Of a stretch of 64,000 bases of DNA, positions 36,191 to 49,524 are shown one piece after another. Source of the stretch: Lama glama (Eukaryota); NCBI GenBank assembly GCA_028534125.1, contig CM052816.1:100194001-100258000 (forward strand). The letters are read 5' to 3'. Under the pieces are notes generated by a model. That model was given only the letters and a program-made list of their open reading frames with translations, searched no databases and was not told the origin of the DNA. The position numbers were made by a program, and so were the translations under genes. Positions within the stretch are counted from its first letter, which is position 1. The number at the start of each line of letters is the position of its first letter.

Positions 36191-38997
36191 CAGGAAAGAA
36201 GAGTGTGGCCCTGGCTGGGCTGCGCTGCACCTGCCGCCCTGGACTCTGCGGGAAGCCGTCTCTACCCTCTGAGGCATCTCTCTTCCTAAGTGGCTCCATC
36301 CAAACTCCACTCGCGTCCACAGCACAAGCTGGGCCCCGCGGCAACACAGAGGTGATGGACGTGCTCGTTCTGTGACCTGGAGCCTGACCGGGTGGGACTT
36401 CCGGCGGAACACCCACGGCAGCGCCTCCCCCTGGCCCAGCTTTGGGGACCCTACGTCTGTCAGAGGCTCCCGGCCCACAGGTCAGCTCTCAGTGGCTTGC
36501 CTACACCCGATCCACGCCCATGTCCGGCAGCCCAGCCCCGACCCCTAGGCCCTGAAGGGGGCAGTGACCCCCCAGTGTCTGGGGCTGGGCCTTCCAGCTG
36601 TGCAACTGTGATGGGTTGAAGTTTTCAAGGGGTTGAACAATTAAAACAAAACCAGTGACTGCAGCTTCAGATGTGCATCTGTCTGGATGTAATTTGCAGT
36701 TAGATTTCCTGAAACGTTTTTTTGATGTTAGGTAAGTAAGTACTCTCTTTTCTTTTCTGCTTACTCATTTTCTTCCTGATTTGCCATCAAAATCCTCAGA
36801 GTCCTGAGCATTGTCCTGAATCCTGCCTTGGTCTCCAGTTCTGAGCTCTACCCTCCTCCTGACCCTCTCCTGCTCACGCACCCACACACGCCCCCCCACT
36901 CCGCCCTGTGCAGGGCTTGTGGACACACCAGGATGGGACTGCAGACAAGAGTGGTTTCCGTGGGGATGGGGAGGAACTCTTCAACAGAAAGGTCCGGGTC
37001 CCTCCCTGTTCCCCCTGGGGGTGGGCAGGCCGTGCTGGGAGCCCTCCTGATGGGAGGCCGTCTTTGGAAGCTGAGTGGACACAGTGGGTGCAGGGAGGGG
37101 AGCATGGGAGAAGGAATCAGCTTCTCTTTTTCCATCTTGAGGCAAGAGGTCCCCTGGGGACCCACGCAGGGAAATGAGTCTGGAACCAGCTTCGGAGCTG
37201 CCCTCTGTGGGGGCCCCACACCCCGGTCAGGGCTGCCCACTGGGCACTGGGAGGCGAGGGCCCTCAGACTCAAGTCCCAGATGAGGGTCCCTGTCCCAGG
37301 AGCCCAGCAGGGCTGTGTCGTGGGTTGAGGGCACAGGTGACGTGGCACTCCTGTGAATGCCCCCTGGTCTGCACCCTTCTCCGCCAGCTCTGCCGCCCAG
37401 GGTGGTCTCTGCAGACAGACTGGGGAGGGGGCCCCCCCGTGGTCCTCCCAGTGAGCACCCCTTCCCTGCCGAGGAGGGAGACCCTCAGGGCACTCCTGGG
37501 GAGCATCCCCATTGCCGGGCAGTCACCTGCTGCGCCTTCAGTCAAGAAACCCCCAGGAACCAGAGGCGGGGACCCCGTGCCGTCTTCCTCCCCTGGGCGG
37601 GAGGCACACTCCACGCGTCTACACGGCCGACGTTCCTCCTACAGGAGCTGGTTGAGGAGACAGGACCCTCCCTGGACAGGAGGCCACAAAACCAATGGAA
37701 AGACCACTCTCCTTTGTCCCTGCTGGTATCTGGCATCTGCAAGCAGAAGTCGCTTTCAGCTCCCAGCGAGCACGCTGGGAAGCCAGGCAGGCGCTCTTCG
37801 CGAGGCCCCGGCCGGGCTCCGTCTCATGAGCCGGCGGGCACAGCTCCCAGCCCTTCAAACCAGCCCGCCCAGCGGTGGAGGGACAGACCTTCCCTGGTTT
37901 TTCCTGTTCTTTTGAACGCACATGAGGAGATACTCCCCTCCGCTGTGTTTATGTGCTTTCGTTAACGTCAGTTCCCATGCGCTTGTGCCCGCAGGCCATT
38001 TGGCAGTGAGCTCTGACTTTACAAATCAGGGCAAAGTTCTCCTTCACAGTGGGTGTTTGGAAAGGCACTATTTTATTTCAACAGATATTCAAGTTTTGAG
38101 AATCCAAAGTCTCCTGAAGAAATCAACACAGGTGTCCCCAGTGGCAGCGGCCCCCTCGGACCTCACACTCGTGGTCTGTCGGGGGTCACACAGGCCCCAC
38201 TCTGGCTGGATGGAGGTTGTCCCTTCCCGCCGGGGAGCTCACCGTCCCTCTCCCAGTGGGACAGGAAGCCCACCCCTTCAGGGACCCCCGCCCCCGGGGC
38301 CCTGTCTGCAGTGGGGCAGCGCCTTCTCACTTCACACTTTGCCCCCCTGGCTGCTCTCAGATAACCCGGGTGCGATGCTGTGAGTCCTGACAGCCAGAGG
38401 AAGCGCGGGGCTTCCCAAAATAGGGCGGCCTCCGGGACCCTGGGCCGGAGCCTCGCTTTGCGCAGCGCCCAGCGTGGGGGTGGGAGACCTGTCGCCACCT
38501 CGCCCGTCAAGGACTCTTGAGAGAGCGGAGGCCACGTGCTCCAGGAACACTCCGAAAGCGAAGGTGTCCAGGGAAAGAGAGTTCTCAGTTCCAGTGAAGA
38601 AGGCAGAGGCTCTGACGTCACATCCCCACTAGGCCGGCCCGGCATCCGGTTAGTGTTTGGCCGGCTGTCACCCCTGCTCTGCGGAGGGAAGAGCAGCCAG
38701 GACGGGCAGGTCTGAGCCATGCTGGCAGTCCTCCTGGGCTTCGCCTCAGGTTGTCACTTCACGTCCACACCGATCTCTGGCCAGGCCGGGGTGGCTTCCC
38801 AGAGACCGAAGGCACCGAAGCACACCCGACGGCCGCTGCCTTTTGGGGGCTTTCCCCCGGCAGGACCTCTGCCGCTTCTCAGACCTGAAGTAGGGGCGCC
38901 TCCTCTTGTCTGTGGAGCAAAAACAGCAGCTTTTCCCAAGGTTCACTGTTGCCCCACGAACTCAACCATCCGGTGTCACTCAAAGTGTCACCTTCTC

Positions 38998-39346
38998 TAA
39001 GTCAGACGGAGGAAGGCAATCCATATGGCATTGCTTGTAAGTGGGCTCTACAAAGAGAATGACACAAGTGACAGAAATAGGCTCACAGACACAGAAAACA
39101 AACCACGGTTACCACGCGCAAGGGCTGGGACTTTGGGATGTGCAGACACACACTGCTGTGTGTAAATAGATAAACGACACGGACCTGCTGTACAGCACAG
39201 GGAGCCACACCCGGTATCTTGTCACAACCTATAGTGAGAAAGACTGTGGAAAAGAATGTATATACACATAAAACGGAAGCACTGTGCTGTGCACCAGAAA
39301 CTAGCTCAACACTGCAAGTCCCCCCCACTGCAGCTACAAGAAAAAA
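38998..39346 (+). mobile_element. LINE-1 3' UTR (cetartiodactyl-type), 5'-truncated
   Basis: 'ctcacagacacagaaaacaaacc...ggttacc', 'aatagataaac...ggacctgctgtacagcacaggga...tatcttgtcacaacctata' and 'tgctgtgcaccagaaactag', then a short A tail. Confidence 0.85.
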
Positions 39347-40249
39347 GTGTCGCCTTCTCAGTAGAGGCGCACGGTGCTTCCTCGTTTCGGGCGGGACAGA
39401 GCGGGCTTTGAAAGCACCAGAGGAAGAACCGAACGCGAACTCCCTCTAGTCTAACTGCCGTTCAGGAGCCCTCTTCACGCGGCCTCCTTCTGTCCAAACT
39501 CGCCAGTGGCGTCCGGACAGCCGAGCGTCTCCCCCGCTCAGGCGTCCCCGCTGCAAGCTGGGGTGCAGGAGGGAGCCGCGGCAGCTCTCGCAGGACCGCC
39601 CGCGCCGGTCCCATCCGGACGCACTTCAGCACGTTTTGACTCCCGCGCGTTCTGTGAACAGAATATTGTTTTTGACTTCTGCACGCGGAATAGGACCATT
39701 TCTTCTCGCTCTTTTAGCCTCTGTCATTTTTTTTTTCTTTCATCCTCCAGTGAGTTAGAGATCAAGATCTTACACCCATTTACAACAAAGGAAGTGGGAA
39801 AAGGCAACCTCCTGACTTTCGGCTGCTTTATGATGTTGAGAGACTTGCTATGAAACTGTAATAATTTAAAAAAATGTGTCCTTGGCCTTTTCTGATTGAG
39901 CGGGGCAGTGAGGACAGACACGGTGAGCAGCCTGACGTCAGCGATGCCCCCGACAGCAAGAGAGTGGAGCCAGCATTCCTGAAGTGGCCCCTTCCTGCTA
40001 AGAATGCCCTTTTTGCATAAAGTTGTGTGGCTAGAAAGCCCTTTCTGAGAAGTAAACAATAAAGGTGAGTTTCAGGAGGTGAAGATAAGAAAATCTGATT
40101 TATGGACCTAGAGCCTTCTGAGCAAGGGGACCAGAAGTGAGGTGGGCAGCCATGGGAGTCACTGAGGACCCTGCCTTTTGCCTTTTACTATGTGAAAAGC
40201 TTGCTACTTACAATCAACTCTGTCTTCCACTTAAAAGACCACTTCAATT

Positions 40250-41079
40250 ATTATTTTTTTTATGGAAGTCTAGTCAGTTTACCATATGTCAATTTCTGTT
40301 GTACAGCACCATGTTTCAGTCATACATACACATGCATATGTTTGTTTTTATATTCTTTTTCATTATGGATTAATATAAGATATTGAGTACAGTTTCTTAT
40401 GCTAAACAGAAGGAACTTATTCATCTATTTTATATATAGTAGTTAGTATCTGCACATCTCAAAGTCCCAATTCATCCCTTCCCACCCCCTTTGCCCCCTC
40501 TAAGAAACCATCAAATTGTTCGCTATGTCTGTGAGTCTGTTTCCATTTTTCAGACAAGTTCATTAATGTCTTCTTTTTTCTGTTTTAGATTCCACATATG
40601 AGTGATATCATATGGTATTTTTCTTTCTCTTTCTGGCTTCCTTCACTTAGTATGATGATCTCCAGTTTCATCCATGTTGCTGCAAATGGCATTATTTCAT
40701 TCTTTTTTATGGCTGAGTAGTATCCCATTGTATATATATACCACAGCTTTTTTAACCAATAATATATCAATGGACAGTTAGGCTGTTTCCATGTCTTGGC
40801 TGTTATAAATAGTGCTACTATGAAGTTTGGGTGTGTGTATGTTTTCAAATTAGAGTTCTCTCTGGATATATAACCAGGAGTGGGATTGTTGGATCATAGG
40901 GTAAGTCTATTTCTAGTTTTTAAAGAATCTCCATACTGTTTTCCATAATGGCTACACCAAACTACATTCCCGCCAACAGTGTGGGAGGGCTCTCTTTTCT
41001 TCACAACCTCTCCATCATTTACTGTTTCTGGACTTTTAATGATGGCCATTCTGATCAGTGTGAGGTGATACCTCAATAT
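40250..41079 (-). mobile_element. 5'-truncated LINE-1 (ORF2 C-terminus + 3' UTR) with 16-bp TSD
   Basis: Translates to L1 ORF2 C-terminal peptides (RYHLTLIRMAIIK...; ...TAKTWKQPNCP...LWYIYTMGYYSAIKKNEIMPFAATWMKLE) in different frames. TSD aaagaccacttcaatt (40234-40249) vs aaagaccactccaatt (41080-41095). Confidence 0.95.
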
Positions 41080-41310
41080 AAAGACCACTCCAATTTCCTG
41101 TGCAGATTGGTTGGGGGCAGGAAGGTGGAGGTGAGGAGAGGGGCCGTGTTGAGCACTGGCATAGGAGACAAATGTGGATTCGATATTAGGAATGAAGGCT
41201 GTGAAAATGTTTACTTCCACAAGTGGGAGATCTTCCCAGACAAGACTGGAGGCCCAGAAGCTATAAATGAAAAGGAAGAGATAATTATCTATAAGAAAGT
41301 AATTAAAAGC

Positions 41311-41490
41311 TTTTTTTTAATTGAAGTTTAGTTGATTTACAATGTTGTGTTAGTTTCTGTTACACAGCAAAGTGATCCCACTATATCCATCTATCTATCT
41401 ATCTATCTACTTTTTTCATATTCTTTTTCTTTATAGGTTATTACAAGATATTAAATTTAGTTCTCTGTGCTGGACAGTAGAAACTCCTTA
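41311..41490 (-). mobile_element. LINE-1 3' end fragment with internal (ATCT)n
   Basis: 'ttttttttaattgaagtttagttgatttacaatgttgtgttagtttctg...ataggttattacaagatatt'. Confidence 0.85.
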
Positions 41491-42719
41491 CTTTTTTTTT
41501 TTTCAAGGCTACTTTATCCCTTTTCTCAGCTCTTGAGTTTGAAAACAGAGTCTTAACTGTGGACACAGCAGTGGTTTTGAGACAATTCATCAAACCGCAG
41601 TGCACCCTCTGTGGGCGTCCCGGGGTCCCGGCTGCTCCTTTGGGCTGTCTGTGAGCTTGGAGGGTGTGTTCTGGAGAGATGCTCAACAAAAGAGCCTTAT
41701 TTACTGGCCGACAAGCTAGTAATGCCGACGTCAGATTCCCCTGAGATCTGTGTTCTCAGAGAAAAGGCCCCTCCAGCTGGCCTTGAACTCAGAGTTTTGT
41801 TTGGTGAAAAATCTGTTGTCTGGTCCCTGAACATTATTTCATAAGGTGAGACTCCAAGTACAAAAACAACAGCAACAGCCTCCGCTGACCCATCTCACAC
41901 AGACGCACACGCTTCTCCTAGCTCCAAACCGCACCCTACACGACTCTTTTCCTATCATTTCCAGAATTTCAAATCTGGTTGATTCGTTTCTGGCACAGTT
42001 GCCCTGCCCTGTGTTTGTGTTGTCACTGAAATGGGGTTGCAGACAGGGCTTCAGGGCCGACGGTGTGTGTTTCAGGAGGCTTCACAGAGCCGAGACGGGA
42101 AGGTCACTTACTGTCGTCGTAAACTGAGCCTCGCTGGCCCCGGGCACCAGCGACAGGAGCAGCCACTGATCCGCTGACTCCGTCGGTGGCTTGTGTCATT
42201 GATCCGTGCTACAAACACGGAATCAATTGTTCTATGGTCAATTGAGGCCACACAGGCCGGCCTGCATGCTTGTCAGTCACACAGACCTGGATTAAGCCCA
42301 CTTAGATTTGTATGTCTGTTGAGATCCCTATTATTTAAATAATGCTGGCAATATTCATCCCCCTTCACAGGCAGTAAGTATATACTGCTGGGCTTGTCAA
42401 TACATCACTGAATTATTGCTTCATTCTACGTAGTAAACCATCCTTCCAGGTGCTGGAGACGTGGGAAGGCGTGATTCATAACAGGGGCCCAGAGGCGCAC
42501 GGCCATCACTCACGGCGTGTGGTAAAGATCGGACACCCGCCGGATCCCCTGCCAGGGAAGACGCGCCTGTTCTGTACAGGGATGCTCACGCCCAGAAGTG
42601 ATCTCCCCCCAGGTGTGCCCACCCCGGAGCGCGGAAAGGAGTGCTAAGGGGCCACGTGGCTAAAGCAGTTGATCTGCTTCCCTAGAGCTCTCTATTTCAT
42701 GAAAAATTTAGGCATGCCC

Positions 42720-42965
42720 TGTCCACCAATGTCTGAAAAGGTTGATGTCTGGTGAGAACCCTGTTCCTGGTCCACTCTGTCCTTCTTTGGTACAAGGTGC
42801 ACATTGAGGCGGAGAGAGAGAGGAGAGAAAAACAGAGAGACAGACAGACAGAGCTCTGGTGTCTCTTCTTATGAGGACCTGACCCTATTAGATCAGCACC
42901 CCACCCTATGACCTCATTTAGTCTTGATTATTTCCTTACTCCAAATACAGCTACAATGGGGCAGG
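42720..42965 (-). mobile_element. MaLR LTR fragment (MLT1-like)
   Basis: 'gagctctggtgtctcttcttatgaggac...ccccaccctatgacctcatttagtcttgatta...ctccaaatacagctaca' is a characteristic MLT1 segment. Confidence 0.8.
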
Positions 42966-45469
42966 TCACAAATTCTACTTAATTCATAACACCGTCCTGG
43001 AAGCCTCCATTGTGGTGGTGAGCACTTCAGGCCAACAACTAACGGGAAAATGTGCATTTTCCACAATATCAATCCCAAAAAAGAATAAAAATCGACTGAA
43101 ACCTGGGTTCTATTGTGACCCTCTGGATGGTCAACCCAGGAAGGGGAAACTACACGCCCCCTGAGCACACGCATTTCTCTGAGTTAAAAATCAAACCAGC
43201 CTTCTTTAAACGTGAAAAGTGGCCATGAAATAAAATCTGCTGTGGACCAGAAAGACTGGGCTGTGTCTTGCCCTCACCAGGCGCATTCACTCAACAGGAC
43301 AAGTGCTTGGGGTCAACCAGATGTATTTTCCTTGCAATCAGGGAGCCTTCAATCCTAAAATCTCAGTACTTATTAGCTTGCTGGTATCTTTACAGCACAC
43401 TCCCACGGAACCCTATGTGCAGAAAGGACTGGAAAACCTAGTCCAAGTTCTTGTGGGCAGACTGAAGTTGAACCCTGCCCTGCTGGCAGAAGGCTCCCCG
43501 GCAGTCCTGGGGGTTGGACTCCGGGATGCAGCAGCCAGCCTTTCTCCAAAATCAGGCTCAGAGACGAGGACTTGAAATGCCCCGTCTCCTGCGGACAAGA
43601 GGCTGCGGGCCCTGACCTGAGAAGAGAGGAAGTTGCAAGCCTCCAAGCAGTAGGCATCGGGTGTCGGGCTCTCACTGGACACGTAAGTGAAACAGCAGGT
43701 GGTTAGCAGCTCATCGAGCAAGGCTGGCCTGTGTCCAGTGGTCACTGTGAGTCAGGAAGGTTTCAAGACAATTTTAAGATGAGAGGCAGATTTTGTCTTT
43801 ACATATTTATACACAAACATAGGGGAAATAATTCTAAAGTTTCCGAGTAGAATAATCTGAAGCTTATGTGGTAAATTTGCTGAGCTCAAGGACACAGGGG
43901 GAATAATGGTGTCTAAATAAATGGTCATCGGAAAGTGATGAGACGTTTGATAGGATGCCTTTGAGTTTAAAACCTGAAATTTCTGTCCCACAGTAAGACA
44001 TGAGAAACAATAGTCAAGTAATCATTTATGAAAAGCACCGTGCAGCTTTCCAACAGGCCTTTTGATCTGCTCGCACGGACTTTGACGAGCGGGCAGGTCA
44101 CGAGGGCTCACGCAGGTCTGTGAGGTCCGCCGCGCTGCTGCTCTGAGACTCGCAGCATCGTGGGCTAGCGCGACCGGGCCCCGCTCACCCCAGGGGACCC
44201 CGCCCTGTGTGTGGATACAGACTGACTGGGAAGTACGGAGCTGGACACACAGAGCCTGGAACACAGATTTAGGGGAGGACTGCCTGAACTTGTAGGGCAC
44301 TGAACTGGTGACTAAGCCACGAAGGTCAGCTTTCTTTATGCTCGCGGGAGAGGTGAGGCAGAGAGGAGAATGGGAGCCGCGGTGGCAGGGACACTCTGAT
44401 GAACAGAGGCAGGGCCCTTAGTGAGCCGCGGGTTGGCTCTGGGCCCCAGTGATCGCAGGCTCACCCAGGAAATGCGCTCAGCAGCCCCCGGCCTGTGTCT
44501 CCACGTTTGCAAAGCGCAGATCTTGGAGTAGATGCCTCGTGTCCGTCACGGCTCTGCACTGGGAGGAGTCCTACCTGGGCATTCCCGCCGGGCTGGCCCT
44601 GCTAATCCCACACACCTGCCCCCTGACAAGCCCAGGGGCCCTGGGGGCCTGCAGTGGAGGTGGCTCCGCGTCCTGGGAACTCTCAGAGTGAGCTGGGGCC
44701 AGCCGCGGCCAGGGGAAACTGAGGCACCGCTCCGTCTGGGGGCTCTACAAACACGTCTGCCTGGCTGGCTGATCCACGTCCCGACTCCCCAGGACTTTGG
44801 GGTTTATGGACAAGGATGAGGGTGTCATAAGTAACTAAGAAAGGTCAGGACAATGAATCGGGTCCTACAGGGTTTCCTGAGGGCCGTAATCGAAGACCAG
44901 CAGCGGATCCCTTCACCCTGACTCCTCAGTATCCTGGTCTGGGTGGGAGTGAGCGCACTCCCCTTCGCTGGCTGCTCCCTGCCAGGCCACCCAGCCAGGC
45001 ACTCACCCCTAATTGTAGGACAGCTGTTGAGTTTAAAGGAGCTTATGCACGACCACCCACACCTTCTCTCCTGTCGCAGAGCCGGTCGCTGGATAAGACA
45101 GCGCCTGGAAGCAGAACATGCCTCTGATTTCTGATGAAGGCGGTTAGACAAGGGGCACTGGATCCCCAGCCAGAGGGTTTCCCGAGGTTCTTCCCCAAAA
45201 CAGACAGACGGGCCACGGCTCTCGTGTGTGGCTGCAGACTCGGGGCCACACGGGAAAGAGAGAAGACGCCCTGTGGCTCAGAGGGAGGGGGGAGAATCTT
45301 GTCCCATGATTGGCGGGACAAGGCCACGCCCCCTCCCAGATTCTCGGGCGGGTCATTCTCCCCTTGAGAATGAGTCAGTCGGGGGTGGAAAGAAAGACCG
45401 GGAAGGTGGCTCCTTTGGAAACAATTACGGGAAGATGGAATTCCCACTTCATCTGCCTTATAAAGGATG

Positions 45470-45585
45470 AACTTGGCAGATGGAAATAATAAGTTCAATG
45501 TCGTTGTGAAGATTTAAAGAGACAATGTCGAATATAAAATCCATCTAGCAAGAAGGCTGGCACTTGGAGGGTGCCAGCAAACACC
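45470..45585 (+). mobile_element. MIR SINE fragment
   Basis: 'atggaaataataag...gttgtgaagatttaaagagacaatg...ctggcacttggagggtgccagcaaac'. Confidence 0.5.
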
Positions 45586-46549
45586 GGCTTTCAACACGGC
45601 CACCGTGTCACCTAAAAGAGTCCCATCTCCTGGTGCTTCTCCTGTTCCGTCGGTTTCAACAGGCCGTTAATATCTGTAAACAGCCGCCACGTTGTCTGTC
45701 TGTCTGTCATTACGGGGATAGGACTGTGGGAAAATTATGTTCTAATATTGTGAAAAGTGACTCAGAAAAGAGATGAGAATTTAAGACAACAAATGATGTG
45801 ACTTTGGGGGTAAATATCCAGAACCTGGTCTCACTTTATGTATATCCAGGGAATCAGATTTACCCAGATGAGCAGTTCACAGTCAGAAATGCTATAGGTT
45901 GAGTTTTGTCAGGAAAACTTTAAATCAAATGATATCTTTTCATAACATGCATTTTTTCCTCTCCATTTCATAACTGCTCTTACTGGACATTTTTTAATTT
46001 GGTTTTTCACAATTTTATCATTCTGCTTCTTATAAATGAAAAGAATAGGACCGGCGTCACTCTTAATTCTAGCGTGAGTGTAAACATTGTCCCTTTAGGA
46101 CTTACCCCTTCAGAACCAACAAAAGGGGTTCCCAGGCCAGGGGATGTCAAAGGCATTTTGGCCAGAGCTAAATGGAACCCTCCCTGAAAACAACTTTGTG
46201 CTCTGCCCTGAAACGGACAAGGCCTCTGCCGTCAGCCGTATGTGTAGGCACACGCCCCTGCAGTGTGTCGGAACAGCGTTGAGAGTGGCTAAGTTGTGCG
46301 CATTATTATGAGTAATTAAATGTAAAACCTTAGAAGAGATGAAGGCGTGGGGAGCTCAGAGATCCGTGAGAGGATGGCTGTGGGCTTGTTCTTCTCCGTG
46401 TCCCGGGGAAGTCACCTGCCCTGGCTGGGACTCCAGACTTTGCGGTCCTCTTCCAAGCCCATGGGGTTCTGTATATATCTGATGCCCTCTGTGGTAGCCA
46501 AAGCCAGGGGGGCAGGATGAGCTTCTGTCTTCCTTTATTACAAAAGCAA

Positions 46550-46590
<41 letters not shown>
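46550..46590 (+). repeat. (AAT)n microsatellite
   Basis: About 13 perfect AAT units. Confidence 0.95.
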
Positions 46591-46592
<2 letters not shown>

Positions 46593-47379
46593 TAACAAAG
46601 TAGTTAAAGAAAAAGTTAAATTGCAGGGATAATTTGTTCCCTCAGTTTTTTCAAATCTCAGTCTGCAGATGCATACACCAGGGACCGCCCCTTCCTGCCT
46701 GAGCCTCTGTGACTCCCGAGGGCAGTCGTCTCAGCCAAGTGCTAGGCACGGGAAGGTTGGTGATGACTGGAGGGCCACCTGAGCCACACTCAGGGTTGAG
46801 GCCAAGGTGCCGGTGGGGTCCTCTCTGCCCTCCGGTCCTTCCGAGAGACTCACCACTTCAAGCAATGCTTAAGTAAGGTTTTGTACATGAAACCCTCCCA
46901 AAGCTTCAAAGGGCTAGTGATTCAAAACATATACGAAGAAAATTTTTCAGAAGGGAAATAAAAGATTGCCAGTATTTGTAGAAACATTTGGTGGCCTTTA
47001 AGAATGGACCACTTAAGAGGGATTTACTACCATACTATGGAATATATTATTCCTAGTTAAAAGAAAGATAAAATGCATTCCACATTCCACCCTGAAGAAG
47101 AAATGTGAAAAATGAAGAGAACCAGAGGAAAAAAATAGTTTGGATCCAGAAATAGCTACTTAAAGCTGGATGGCACGTAAGTTGTCAGGAAAGCAAACAG
47201 CCTGGATCCGAGACTGTTTAAAACAGAGTAGAGGAGGGGCCGGTTCTTTATTGCAAACAGCTCTCTAGAAAAGTGGAAAGAAGCTGCCACATTAGCCAAG
47301 AGACATAATTCCCGGTCACTGTTAACCTCTCACGAGCCACAAACAGGCAACCCACATTTTACCGAGACTAAAATGACCA

Positions 47380-47475
47380 GGGAGGAGGGTGTAGCCCAGC
47401 GGTAGAGTGTGTGCTCAGCAGGCACGAGGTCCTGGGTTCAATCCCCAGTCCCTCCACCAAAAAAGGAAAGAAACA
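47380..47475 (+). mobile_element. tRNA-Ala-derived SINE (vic-1-like)
   Basis: 'ggagggtgtagcccagcggtagagtgtgtgctcagcaggcacgaggtcctgggttcaatccccagtccctcca' plus an A-rich tail. Confidence 0.85.
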
Positions 47476-47494
47476 AGTCAATATTGAAATAACG

Positions 47495-48400
47495 ATTTTT
47501 GTTAATTATGAAAGTAATAAATATTTATTGTAAACCAATAAACTTAGCAAACACAGAAACATAAAAAAAAAAAAACAAAACCCTCTTCTGTAACCCGCAG
47601 GTCCCCTCTGCAAATCCCCCAGTTACACGGGTTTCCTTCAGGCTGTTTGTTTTTCTCTCGTCTCTCCTTGTACGTTTTACCAGGAGGAGGTCACACTATT
47701 TCGTAACTTTTAATGTAAGAGAACATCATGCACATACCTCCGCGTCGCTAAAGGAAGATCCTCACCTTTCGGGTCGAAGACTACATTGAATTCCGTTCTA
47801 ATGCTAAACCATTCTGTGCTCCACCAACCCCCTACGTCGGGAGTCAGAGCTGATTTGTCACTATTATGAACATTGCTGAAATGAGTATCCTTAAGTAAAA
47901 TTTTTGCACATTTGCCCAATGACTTTTTTGGGCGAATTCCTGGAAATCCAGTTATTGCCGGGTATGCCAATTTTTAAAGCTTGGGGGAAAAAAAACTTAA
48001 CAAATTATTCTCCAAAAGCTTGTATCAATTTACCAAAGTGTATGAAGATGATTTCTTTCCCATCCTGTTCACCATAAGAGATAAAGCTCTTCCTTAAACC
48101 TTTGCTAAACCGAAGGGCGAGAATTCCTGCCTCTGCTTAAATGTATGAAACTCTAAATTTGACCACTGGGGCGTAGCGATTCCTCCACGTTTCACTGAAG
48201 TCCATATGTCTTTTTCATAGACTGTCTGACTGTGTTCTTTGTCCGTTTTCCTGTTTGCTTTTGCTGTCTGTTCTCGAGGCCTTTATATGTCGAGGGTATT
48301 AACTTTTTGAGTGTCATATCATTTGCAAGTTCACTTTTTCCCTCGTTTGTCAAACGAGCCGAATCAGCCACAAGTTTCTGATTCACAGAAGAATGAGTTG
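47495..48400 (-). mobile_element. Old LINE-1 (L1ME-like) 3' UTR / ORF2 fragment
   Basis: 'cactattatgaacattgctgaaatgagtatcctt', 'aattcctggaaat', 'caaattattctccaaaag...tatcaatttac' and 'ctttatatgtcgagggtattaac' are collinear with reverse old L1. Confidence 0.7.
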
Positions 48401-49524
48401 TCTTTAGTGCCAGTAAAACATGCTGAACATACTTGTTCGACCGAGCAGTTGCCCCAACACCGTGGGGGCATCTGGAGCAGAGGGGCCCCTGTGGGCAGGG
48501 GGCTTCGTGGCAGAAGGAGCCACGGTCTGGGGGCGAAGGCCCAGGGCTCCCAGCCACAGCCTCGCCTCTGGCACGTGGGGCTCCTGGGCGGGACTGGGCT
48601 CAGCCGCCCGTGACACGCATTCCCGTCCCCACCTGGCTCAGGACAATAAAACCAGGCTGCAAACCCAGATGAAGTTTCACACGGTACGGTTGAATCTGGC
48701 CATCCCACCGGTACAGGAGCAGGAGGAAGGCCAGGAAATGCCTGTTTTCTTTGTAACGCTGTGGAACGCTTCTCGCCAGAGACCCAGGGGCCAGCCTTCC
48801 CTTCAGCTTCCTGAGGAGGTGGCCCAGCTTGGCCTCAGGCGACCTCCGTCCTGGAGAGACTCCCGGGACCAAGGTGGGTCTCTGCTCAGGGATGCTGGGA
48901 GGAGGGGCGGTGCCCGCGCGGCGTCCAGGGCTGGGCCCGGCTCAGACAGGCCGGCAGCTGCGCGTTTCCTGGCTGCTGCCCAGGGCACACTGGGGACCCT
49001 GGTGTAAAAGTCTGCCTGCTAACTGTCAGAGAAAGGAAACAGGACTCCCGCTGTTCAAAACCAAAGAGCCATGGAGAACTGGACGTTCGAATTTGATCAA
49101 AAAAGACGTTCCTCCCAAGGAATGTGTTTCCTCCAAATAATAAAAGTGTAGACTCCCCAGTGTCTCCGGCAGTCCAGACGAGGATGCCGCGTCCTCTGGC
49201 GCTGGGCATCAGCGAGGCCCTGGGCGCACATGTCACTTTGCTTTACGCTCAAAGCCCGAAGACGAGCCCAGGTCCCGGCCAGGAGACGCAGCCGGGGAAG
49301 GGGGCTGCGCCCCGCGGCCTGCGGGCCCCCAGCTCCCCTCCTGCTCCTTCCCCAGGAGGCGCCGCCGGGAGACAGCGGCCTCAGCTCCGACTCCTCACAC
49401 GTCTCCCCAGCACCCATTGGCGTCAGGTTGTGGGTATTTGTAAGTCCGCGAGATTCTGATCTTTATTTCTCTGGTAAGTGAAGTTGAGCGTCTTCTATTA
49501 TTTCCTCTTGGCTGTTTCTTTACC

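Noticed and set aside
40585..41220. ORFs with real protein similarity
   Set aside because: They are frameshifted LINE-1 ORF2 C-terminal remnants inside a TSD-flanked retrocopy, not host genes.
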